Origin: Thermoplasmata archaeon
GTDB taxonomy: Archaea > Thermoplasmatota > Thermoplasmata > UBA10834
DNA length: 27,781 bases
Assembly (NCBI GenBank): GCA_013329135.1
Contig: DUKU01000080.1
Coordinates: 446-28,226, forward strand
Direction of reading: 5' to 3'
A program made the position numbers and the translations under genes. Positions 18,263 through 25,295 of this stretch are shown here, one piece after another. The notes beneath the pieces are model-generated. The model made no database searches, was not told the DNA's origin, and was given only the letters and a program-made list of their open reading frames with translations. Every line of letters begins with the position of its first letter. Position 1 is the first letter of the stretch.

Positions 18263-18269
18263 TTATATA
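18263..18269 (-). promoter_or_regulatory. TATA box of the dtxR-feoB unit
   Basis: The minus strand reads ACAAAGTATATAA, about 26-32 nt upstream of the ATG at 18237. Confidence 0.7.
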
Positions 18270-18312
18270 CTTTGTCACCGTCGGGCACGCCCCCTCGGCA
18301 GGGACCGCCCCC

Positions 18313-18492
18313 TTACTTCTCGGAGTCTAGATACTTCTTGAAAGGGTATGTCTTCAGCTTGATGTCCCCGTCGCCCGCAGGGGGATACTCCTCTTCGTAC
18401 TCTTTCCGGGCGATCGACAGCGCCTCCTTCGTCAGCGCGCTCGTCTTGACTCCGTAGTTCTGGACCAACCACGTCTCGAAATCCCACCTCAC
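18313..18492 (-). CDS. Unknown 59-aa protein (absent from the ORF track)
   Basis: GTG start with GAGGTGGTGA SD and host-like GC3 codons. MRWDFETWLVQNYGVKTSALTKEALSIARKEYEEEYPPAGDGDIKLKTYPFKKYLDSEK. Confidence 0.7.
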   Translation of the reverse strand: MRWDFETWLVQNYGVKTSALTKEALSIARKEYEEEYPPAGDGDIKLKTYPFKKYLDSEK

Positions 18493-18548
18493 GGTCTCAC
18501 CACCTCTGGGAAGGCGGACCGGGGGAATAAGTCTGCCCCCGAAAGCCG

Positions 18549-19436
18549 TCAGGCCTGCCCGATCAGGTCCATCATCTTCCTGTGGATCTTGGACATGGCG
18601 TGAGTCGCCGGGCTAGCGACGTTCTTACCGGCAGTCCTACCCTGCGCCATCGTGTTGGCCAACACCTCGTCGTACGGGATGCTCCCCAGCAAGTGTGCCC
18701 CCTCCGCGACGGCATGTTCTTCGATGCGCCTCGTGAGGTCCTGGTTCAGGTCGGCCTTGTTCGTGACTAGTCCGATGGGGAGGTTGAACCCCTTCGCGAG
18801 GTCCATGATCCTCTTCGCATCGCTGAAGCCGGATTCCGTGGGTTCGGTGACTATTATCGCGAGTGAGCACCCTGAGAGGGATGATATCACAGAACACCCA
18901 ATCCCTGGTGGACCGTCCACCAGTATCGTTCCGACTCCCTCCTCCTTCGCGGCCATCCTGGCCCTCTGCTTGACCATCGCGACGAGCTTACCCGAGTTGT
19001 CCTCCCCGGGTTCGAGCAGGGCGTGCACCATCGTGCCGAAGACGGTCTTCGATATGAACCACTCGCCGACCTTCTTGTCGACCATCTTGATCGCCTTGCT
19101 CGGGCATATGCGGCTGCACAGCGCGCACCCTTCACACGACCCCTGCTCTATCGCGACCTTCATGAGGCTGGGGTTGCCGATGCTCTTGATTGCGCCGAAT
19201 CTGCAGACCGGGACGCACTTCCCGCAGTTGGTGCATGCCGAACCGATTATGGTCGCCACCTTCATACCTGCGAAGTCCTCCCGATGCAGTATCTTGGGTT
19301 TCAGTAGCAGGTGCAGGTTCGGAGCGTCGACGTCGCAGTCCGCGGTGACGGCGTTGTTCATGACGGATGCGAGGTATCCGAGCAGAGTGGTCTTGCCCGT
19401 GCCGCCCTTGCCGCTGACTATCACTATCTCCTTCAT
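18549..19436 (-). CDS. MinD-superfamily P-loop ATPase with two inserted 4Fe-4S ferredoxin motifs (COG1149-like), copy B
   Basis: SGKGGTGKTT, DCDVDAPN, CTNCGKCVPVC, CEGCALCSRICP, SGKLV and DGPPGIGC. Confidence 0.92.
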   Translation of the reverse strand: MKEIVIVSGKGGTGKTTLLGYLASVMNNAVTADCDVDAPNLHLLLKPKILHREDFAGMKVATIIGSACTNCGKCVPVCRFGAIKSIGNPSLMKVAIEQGSCEGCALCSRICPSKAIKMVDKKVGEWFISKTVFGTMVHALLEPGEDNSGKLVAMVKQRARMAAKEEGVGTILVDGPPGIGCSVISSLSGCSLAIIVTEPTESGFSDAKRIMDLAKGFNLPIGLVTNKADLNQDLTRRIEEHAVAEGAHLLGSIPYDEVLANTMAQGRTAGKNVASPATHAMSKIHRKMMDLIGQA

Positions 19437-20266
19437 CTCCCCGCCTCCGAGAGCGCCCAGTCCCTGAGCTTCTTGAATGTGGTGTTGAATCTCGCGTCTT
19501 CGGCAATCAGAGCACCTCTGGAGTACGCCTCCGCGATTGACCGGTCTATCGGCAGCTTGCCGACGACTGGTATCTTGTGGGCGTCGCAGAACTGCTGGAT
19601 GTCGGGGCCTGGCAGTCCATGCTTGTTAACGAAGACCGCCGCAGGGACCTTCAGTTTCCTGGTGACTTCCAGGGCGAGCTTGAGGTCGTGCAGCCCGAAA
19701 GGAGTGGGCTCGGTGACGAGGACGCAGGCGTCCGCCCCCTTGATGCTCTCCACCGCTGTGCACGCCGTCCCAGGAGGACAGTCCATGATAGTGATCGGCC
19801 CTTCAGGTATGGTGGCTTTGACCTGCCTTATGAGCGGTGTCGCTGCGGCCTCGCCTACCTTGAGTCTGCCGTACATCAGCTTGAGCACGCCACCTTCGGC
19901 CATTATCACCTCGCCCATGAGGTGGTCCACTTCTGTGATGGCGTCCTCAGGACAGAGCATCGAACATGCGCCGCAACCATGGCACAGCTCCTTGAAGACC
20001 ATCACTTCCTTGGGCAGCACGGCTATCGCGTGGAACTCGCAGACCTTCCTGCAGTTGCCGCACAGGGTGCACTTCGATGCATCCACCTGGGGCACCAGTC
20101 TGAAGACCTTCTCCGCACGCTCCGATTTCGCCTGGGCGAAGATGTAGCAGTTCGGCTCCTCGACATCAAGGTCAACCAGGGTCGCATCCTTGGTGACCGC
20201 GGCCAGGTTCGTCGCGACAAGGGTCTTGCCTGTCCCACCCTTGCCGCTCGCTATCGCTATCTTCGT
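19433..20266 (-). CDS. MinD-superfamily P-loop ATPase with ferredoxin insert (COG1149-like), copy A; the start position is ACG
   Basis: The reading frame extends upstream of the tracked ORF to ACG-AAG-ATA-GCG-ATA-GCG-AGC-GGC-AAG-GGT (xKIAIASGKGGTGKT), then DLDVEEPN, CTLCGNCRKVC, CHGCGACSMLCP, DCPPGTAC and TEPTPFGLHDL. Confidence 0.88.
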   Translation of the reverse strand, partial: TKIAIASGKGGTGKTLVATNLAAVTKDATLVDLDVEEPNCYIFAQAKSERAEKVFRLVPQVDASKCTLCGNCRKVCEFHAIAVLPKEVMVFKELCHGCGACSMLCPEDAITEVDHLMGEVIMAEGGVLKLMYGRLKVGEAAATPLIRQVKATIPEGPITIMDCPPGTACTAVESIKGADACVLVTEPTPFGLHDLKLALEVTRKLKVPAAVFVNKHGLPGPDIQQFCDAHKIPVVGKLPIDRSIAEAYSRGALIAEDARFNTTFKKLRDWALSEAGR

Positions 20267-20290
20267 AAGATCGCCCTCACGCGCTGTGGT

Positions 20291-20650
20291 TCAATGGTGA
20301 TGTTCCTTGCAGGCGACGTCGTGCGATGCCGCAAGCAGCTTCCCGTCGCGCCACATCTGCACCGCGTCCTTGGCCGTCCCCGAGGCGCCCACGAACACCT
20401 GGATGTCGAATGCCTGGAGCATGTCGATCGCCTTGGGCCCGAGCCCAGAGCATATCAGGACCTTCGCGCCGGTCTTCGCGATGTGTTCCGGCGGCTTGCC
20501 CAGTCCTCCCATGTGCTCGCTCCTGTTCGCTACGACCTGGGCCTGGTCGGTGTCCGTGTCAATCACAGTGAACGTCGGCGCGCGGCCGAAGTGTTCACAC
20601 ACGAGGTCGTCGACCCCTCCTTTCTCCATCGTCGGTACGCATATCTTCAT
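20291..20650 (-). CDS. NifB/NifX (MTH1175/ORP-like) family protein 1
   Basis: MKICVPT, CEHFGRAPTF, LICSGLGPKA, GIQVF-like segment, and His tail KEHHH. Start reassigned from 20797. Confidence 0.9.
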   Translation of the reverse strand: MKICVPTMEKGGVDDLVCEHFGRAPTFTVIDTDTDQAQVVANRSEHMGGLGKPPEHIAKTGAKVLICSGLGPKAIDMLQAFDIQVFVGASGTAKDAVQMWRDGKLLAASHDVACKEHHH

Positions 20651-20688
20651 CCTATTATCACTCCTTGATCTCTCGATTCTGACCGTTC

Positions 20689-20826
20689 TCACTCCTTGTC
20701 CTTGAATCGTAGTCTCCAGCCAATCCTGACAATCTTGTCGGAACTGCAGCTGAAGCACTTGTCCGGCTTCTCCGGCAGGGCCATCTCCAGCCCGCACCCG
20801 TTACATCTGAACCTGAGCAGCTTCAA
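20689..20826 (-). CDS. 45-aa Zn-ribbon/rubredoxin-like microprotein (absent from the ORF track)
   Basis: TTG start with GGAGG SD. MKLLRFRCNGCGLEMALPEKPDKCFSCSSDKIVRIGWRLRFKDKE contains two CxxC motifs. Confidence 0.75.
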   Translation of the reverse strand: MKLLRFRCNGCGLEMALPEKPDKCFSCSSDKIVRIGWRLRFKDKE

Positions 20827-21289
20827 GGCCGCGCCTCCGTGTCTGCCCGGTCCTGCACTTCGCGTCCCTTACAGCGTTCCTGAATGCGATGACTGACAGA
20901 CTCGCACAGTGTATGTGATTCTCTGGCAGTCCGCCAAGGGACGTGGTCAGGTCCTCAGGGCTGATGGCCATCGCATCCTCAATCGTTCGTCCGGTCACGA
21001 GCTTCGTGAGCCTGCTCCCGCAGGCGATAGTGGCGCCGCAACCGTCCGTGTAGAACGTGCACTGCGACACCTTCTCTCCGTCAATCTTGACCCACATGTG
21101 CATGGAGTCCATGCAGAGCCCGTCCGCGACCCCTGAGCCGTCCGCGTCGTCCATCGGACCGACATTTGCGGGGTCCCGGAACTCGGAGATCACCTCTTTG
21201 GTGTAGATCTTCGAGTCCTCTGATTCCATGGCCGTCACGATGTTCTCGACGAGTCGGTCGAGCTCCGAGGGGCTATTCTTGTTGCTCAT
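20801..21289 (-). CDS. IscU/NifU-like Fe-S scaffold protein
   Basis: Y..EVISEFRDPANVG, GLCMD (CGD variant), DGCGATIACGS and GGLPENHIHCA. Start reassigned to MSNK. Confidence 0.88.
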   Translation of the reverse strand: MSNKNSPSELDRLVENIVTAMESEDSKIYTKEVISEFRDPANVGPMDDADGSGVADGLCMDSMHMWVKIDGEKVSQCTFYTDGCGATIACGSRLTKLVTGRTIEDAMAISPEDLTTSLGGLPENHIHCASLSVIAFRNAVRDAKCRTGQTRRRGLEAAQVQM

Positions 21290-21297
21290 TGTTCCGT

Positions 21298-21693
21298 CTA
21301 CCTTCCCATCGGACCATGGCCGTGAGGTCCCTGCCCGTGGTGTCCAGGTGAGGTCGCGGTTGCGGTCTCTCTGAGTTCGCCATTCCTGTATGCCTCTATG
21401 GCGGAGCCGACCGTGCCGGTGCACCTGACGAACATCTGGACGCCTCCAGCTGCCAGGACCCTGAACGCGTTGGGCCCTAGATCGCCGGTGACGACGGCGC
21501 CGACGCCGAGGTCGAGGATCTGCTGCGCCGCCTGGATGCCCGCGCCGTTGCCTAGGGCCTGGCCGGCATTCCTCACCACTCTGTGTCCTTTGTTCTCATC
21601 GAATATGATGAAGTAGGAACACCTTCCGAACCTTGGGTCGACCGGTGATTCCAGTGATTCGCCTGTCGAACTGACTGCCACGCGCTTTCCCAT
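21298..21693 (-). CDS. NifB/NifX (MTH1175/ORP-like) family protein 2
   Basis: VAVSSTG...VDPRFGRCSYF, GAGIQAAQ, VVTGDLGPNAF and a Gly/His-rich tail. Alternative start at 21723. Confidence 0.9.
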   Translation of the reverse strand: MGKRVAVSSTGESLESPVDPRFGRCSYFIIFDENKGHRVVRNAGQALGNGAGIQAAQQILDLGVGAVVTGDLGPNAFRVLAAGGVQMFVRCTGTVGSAIEAYRNGELRETATATSPGHHGQGPHGHGPMGR

Positions 21694-21727
21694 GCCTTCC
21701 GTCTCTCTGGATTCTGTAGCCATATGG

Positions 21728-21901
21728 TCAATCACCGCACTGTGTGCCCTTCATCGCCGAGCCGCATTTCGGGCACTTCGTCTTGCTGCACGGCACCCCT
21801 CTGAACGCATGGGGTGCTTCGGTCCCGCACTTGGGACACACGCACTTCTTCGAGCCGAACTCGAGTTCGCTCTCTGTCTGGACAACTTCCTTCTCAGCCA
21901 T
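21728..21901 (-). CDS. 57-aa Cys-rich microprotein (CxCPxCG...CxxxxCPxCG)
   Basis: GAGGAGG SD. MAEKEVVQ...CVCPKCGTEAPHAFRGVPCSKTKCPKCGSAM. Confidence 0.8.
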   Translation of the reverse strand: MAEKEVVQTESELEFGSKKCVCPKCGTEAPHAFRGVPCSKTKCPKCGSAMKGTQCGD

Positions 21902-22097
21902 TTCGGCCTCCTCCTTGTCCTCTCCTGGGAGCCTGCATGCACCCTCTCCCAGCGCCTCTCCTGCCACTGTCGTCCGATGACCTGCGGATGTTCCTGCTGC
22001 CACAGGACGGGCATGCGGTCGGCCGTCCAGTGCCGAACGGCTCATCCCACTTCCGTCCGCACTCGAAGCACTCGAACTTCCTCGTCCCGGGCATCAT
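21894..22097 (-). CDS. 67-aa Zn-ribbon microprotein with Gly/Arg-rich tail
   Basis: FECFECGRKW...CPSCGS, then RRGAGRGC...GQGGGRNG. Abuts mrp and overlaps the next gene. Confidence 0.8.
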   Translation of the reverse strand: MMPGTRKFECFECGRKWDEPFGTGRPTACPSCGSRNIRRSSDDSGRRGAGRGCMQAPRRGQGGGRNG

Positions 22098-22101
22098 CCT
22101 G

Positions 22102-22944
22102 TCAACCGCCTTTGCCCTCGACCGCCTCGATGATCTTCTTCGTGATCTCGTCGAATGCCTTCGCGGCCTTGTCCGACCCCAAGGCGAATGGCTTGCCCGC
22201 GTCCCCGCTATTGGCTATGTCCGGGCTGAGCGGCAGTTGTCCGAGGAGCGGGACCGAGAGATCCTTCGTCGCCTTCGCGACGCCCCCGTCCTGGAACAGC
22301 TGTATCATCTTTCCACAGTGCGGGCACTCGAGCCCGTACATGTTCTCTACGAGGCCTATGGGCTTGAGCCCGACGGCCTTCGCGAAGTTGATCGACTTCC
22401 TGACGCTCAGGAGCGCGACATCCTGTGGCGTCGTCACGATGATGGCGCCATCGGGCGATGGTACGAGCTGGGCGGTGCTGAGTGGTTCATCCCCAGTGCC
22501 TGGCGGGAGATCCACCAATAGGTAGTCCAGCTCTCCCCACTCGACCTCCTCAAGGAACTGCTTGATCGCTCCCATCTTGACCGGTCCTCTCCAGATGACT
22601 GGGGAGTCCCGGTCACTCAACAGGAACGCTATCGACACGACTTTGATCGACGGAGGGACGAAGAACGGCACGATTCTTCCCTTGTCGTCCACGGTCAGCG
22701 GGAGGTTCGGGATGCCGAGAAGCTTCGGAACGCTCGGCCCGTGCATGTCTGCGTCCAGGAGCCCAACCTTCCTCCCCTTCTTGGCCAGGGCCGCGGCGAG
22801 GTTGACAGCCACGGTGGACTTGCCGACCCCGCCCTTGCCGCTCATGATGATGACCTTGTGCTTGACGTTCTTCAGGTTCTCGGCCGCTGTCGATGCGGCC
22901 GGCGCCTTGGAGGGTGTGCTCTGCTTTCCAGTGAATGCACTCAT
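22102..22944 (-). CDS. mrp: Mrp/ApbC/NBP35 Fe-S carrier ATPase
   Basis: SGKGGVGKS, DADMHGPS, IWRGP, DLPPGTGDE, TTPQ, ENM and CPHC. Confidence 0.95.
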   Translation of the reverse strand: MSAFTGKQSTPSKAPAASTAAENLKNVKHKVIIMSGKGGVGKSTVAVNLAAALAKKGRKVGLLDADMHGPSVPKLLGIPNLPLTVDDKGRIVPFFVPPSIKVVSIAFLLSDRDSPVIWRGPVKMGAIKQFLEEVEWGELDYLLVDLPPGTGDEPLSTAQLVPSPDGAIIVTTPQDVALLSVRKSINFAKAVGLKPIGLVENMYGLECPHCGKMIQLFQDGGVAKATKDLSVPLLGQLPLSPDIANSGDAGKPFALGSDKAAKAFDEITKKIIEAVEGKGG

Positions 22945-22966
22945 GTTACGGACACCATCCCTCGGA

Positions 22967-23353
22967 TCAACAGGTGAAGACCCTGTCCACGTCCACGGCC
23001 TCCGCCGCGAAGTCCATGAGGTTGACGAACTCGACGCCGTCTATGAACTGGTTCTTGTCGATACCCCTGGATTCGAGGCACGGGATGCAGACCTGGATCT
23101 TCCCACCGCTCTGGAGAAACGCGTCCATCATCTGCTTCACGGGCGCCATCCCCTCGACGGGTTTGAGCTTCTCAGCGTATCCCTTCTGGGCGAGCTTGAC
23201 GCCGTTCATGGTCAGGAACACCTTGGTCCTGATGCCCAGCGCCGTAGATGCTCCCGCGCACGCGAATGTCATGGTCGCCTTCTCGAGCTCCTCGTCCCCG
23301 TGCGTGCCTATCACGAGGAACGACTTCTTCGAATAATCCGTCTTCTTGGCCAA
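22967..23353 (-). CDS. DsrE/DsrF-like family protein
   Basis: THG..E.EKATMTFACA, FLTMNGV and VCIPCLESRG. Probable TTG start with GAGGT SD. Confidence 0.85.
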   Translation of the reverse strand: MAKKTDYSKKSFLVIGTHGDEELEKATMTFACAGASTALGIRTKVFLTMNGVKLAQKGYAEKLKPVEGMAPVKQMMDAFLQSGGKIQVCIPCLESRGIDKNQFIDGVEFVNLMDFAAEAVDVDRVFTC

Positions 23354-23429
23354 TCTGATACCTCTAGCTACCACTTGGCCTTCCACGTTGAAGTCCGGTA
23401 CGGCGAACAGGTTAGCCGTGCGTGGCTTT

Positions 23430-24023
23430 TCACTCAGGTGGAAGGCCGAACCGGTTCTTCTTGTAGTACCCGCTGTAGATCGCCCCTGCGGGGTTGTGGG
23501 CCAGCACTCTATCCTTCACGATGAACGTCGTCACGGGCGCCTTCGAGTGCTTCGTGAACAGCATGTCGTGGCCTACGCACAGGCCGATCAGGATGTTCAT
23601 CTCGGTCACGCACTCGGCGAGGCACATAGCCTGGCCAATCGGATCGCACACCGCCTCGTCACCGTCGTCCCCGTGCAGTTTGACGACCCCCAGCTCCTTC
23701 TTGTCTATTCCGCAGATCTTGCAGCACACGGAATGCACCTCGAGTCCCTGCTTGGCGAGTATGTCCGCAACGGTCCTGGCCTCCGAGGAGAGGCCGACGC
23801 AGAAGGCGATCCCGAGTCTCTTCATGCCCATCTCCTTCGCGTACAGGATGAGCTCCTCCAGCCTGGTCTTCTTCATGTAGTGCTCAGCCTCGACCTTCCC
23901 TGAGACCCTCATCGATTTGAGCTCGTACCCCTCGTACGCCTTCCTCGCCCTGTCAGCGAGGCCGAAACAGTCCTTGCCCTCATAGCATTCTTTGTCCGCA
24001 CAGTGCGCGCAATCCGTCTTCAT
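23430..24023 (-). CDS. DUF1847-family Cys-rich metal-binding protein
   Basis: CAHC...C, TRLEELI, GIAFCVGL, VCCKICG, CDPIGQA, GLCVGHD and KDRVLAHNP. Confidence 0.88.
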   Translation of the reverse strand: MKTDCAHCADKECYEGKDCFGLADRARKAYEGYELKSMRVSGKVEAEHYMKKTRLEELILYAKEMGMKRLGIAFCVGLSSEARTVADILAKQGLEVHSVCCKICGIDKKELGVVKLHGDDGDEAVCDPIGQAMCLAECVTEMNILIGLCVGHDMLFTKHSKAPVTTFIVKDRVLAHNPAGAIYSGYYKKNRFGLPPE

Positions 24024-24073
24024 CGAGTTCCCCCGTCGCTTCGAAGGTTTTCGTCGCCCCTGATGGCACCGCG

Positions 24074-24709
24074 TCAGCATGTCTCGCCTATATGGCTCGC
24101 CACCAACTTCCTCTGGGCCCTCCTCAACATCACATCGAGGGTGGCCTTCGATATCTCCAGCCTCTTAGCCAGTATGTCGAGCGTGATCTTCCTCGGTATC
24201 TCGAAGTACCCGAGTTCGTAGGCCATCTGAAGCACCTTCTCCTGGGCGAGCGTGAGTTCGGAGACGGTCCTCAGGACAGATATCTTCTCGACCTCGACGG
24301 TGCAACCGAGTTCCTTGACCTTCTCGACGAGGTTCCTGAGGGCGGCCGCGTTCGGGGCGATGACGTTCCACTGCATCATCCCGCCATCACGGTTGGAGGC
24401 AGAGTCCATGAAGCATCCAGAATCTGCCATGAGCCTGCACGCGGCGCATTGCTGCAGCTCGACCGTGCCTATGTGCCTGCCCGGTCCTGCGGCGGTGAGC
24501 TGGACCGTGCAGTTCGGCTCCACCTCGCGTATCCTGTTTACCAGCTCCTCCTGGGACAGGCCCGGGTCTGTGTCTATCTGCAGGAAGCTCTGCCCACCGT
24601 TGCTGTTCTTGGGCACGCATTTGAGTATCTTGACAGATAGGTCGCAACTGCTGGCGAGGCAGCCGATCCAGTTGCCAGGTATCTTGACGAGCAGCGATGC
24701 GGACCTCAC
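24074..24709 (-). CDS. Bacterio-opsin-activator-type (HTH_10) transcriptional regulator
   Basis: C-terminal LTLAQEKVLQMAYELGYFEIPRKITLDILAKRLEISKATLDVMLRRAQRKL. GTG start overlapping the DUF134 stop, with GGTGG SD. Confidence 0.88.
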   Translation of the reverse strand: MRSASLLVKIPGNWIGCLASSCDLSVKILKCVPKNSNGGQSFLQIDTDPGLSQEELVNRIREVEPNCTVQLTAAGPGRHIGTVELQQCAACRLMADSGCFMDSASNRDGGMMQWNVIAPNAAALRNLVEKVKELGCTVEVEKISVLRTVSELTLAQEKVLQMAYELGYFEIPRKITLDILAKRLEISKATLDVMLRRAQRKLVASHIGETC

Positions 24710-25044
24710 TTCGGACCACCCGTCTTGCAGGCCGCCGCACGAGCCGGAGGTTCCGGGGCGTGAGGCGAACCACGTGCTATCCTGAGCGCCATGCCATCGG
24801 TGAGGGCCTCGGCTACCTTGGACCTGGCGCCTGAAAGTATCCGGTTGAAAGTGGGTTGCGAGATGTCCATCTTCTTTGCCGCCTCCGCCTGCGACAGGTC
24901 CTCGACGTCCGAGAGCCTCAAGGCCTCGAGTTCGTCCAGCTCTATCTCTATGCTGGACAGTTCGCTCATGGGGATTCCCTGCGGTTTGAAGACCTTGTAT
25001 TCCGGGTCGAAGCAGACCTTCCGGCACCTCTTCGGTCGGGGCAT
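24706..25044 (-). CDS. DUF134 (UPF0251) predicted DNA-binding protein
   Basis: MPRPKRCRKV, FKPQG, ELEALRLSD, Q.EAA..M.ISQPTF.RIL..AR.KVA.AL..G.AL.I. Confidence 0.92.
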   Translation of the reverse strand: MPRPKRCRKVCFDPEYKVFKPQGIPMSELSSIEIELDELEALRLSDVEDLSQAEAAKKMDISQPTFNRILSGARSKVAEALTDGMALRIARGSPHAPEPPARAAACKTGGPK

Positions 25045-25067
25045 CGTAATGGATTATAATTCATAAC

Positions 25068-25079
25068 TATTTAACCATT
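25068..25079 (-). promoter_or_regulatory. BRE/TATA of the DUF134-led cluster
   Basis: AATGGTTAAATA ends 24 nt before the ATG, consistent with a leaderless transcript. Confidence 0.65.
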
Positions 25080-25295
25080 CGCCCGTGTCCTCGTCCTCGT
25101 GCCGGGATGTCCGAAGGGTTGATGTATTTCGAGTGCTTTTTCTTGATTGGTCGTGTAGACCAGGAGGTTCCCGGTTATGATGTCCGACAGAGTTCTAGCA
25201 GCTGTGCCGGGAACCCCGTAGCGTCGTGTCGGGTTCTCGGGCTGTCGTGAGCTTGTTCTGCGAACGCCACACATCCAGAGAAATGGAATCCGAGA

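Noticed and set aside
18526-18545. GGGGG...CCCCC hairpin after the ATPase gene as a terminator
   Set aside because: The stem is only 5 bp with no clear T-tract, so support is too weak.
20291-20293. Selenocysteine at the in-frame TGA between NifX and the ATPase
   Set aside because: The position does not align with a conserved Cys, it follows a natural-looking His tail, and no convincing archaeal SECIS was found.
24074-25027. 317-aa ORF as a DUF134-HTH fusion
   Set aside because: The first ~106 codons are an alternate frame of DUF134. An SD and GTG at 24709 give a normal-length regulator.
25207-25240. Archaeal SECIS element (GAA-CCC...GGG)
   Set aside because: The base after GGG is T rather than the required unpaired A, and no selenoprotein candidate is adjacent.
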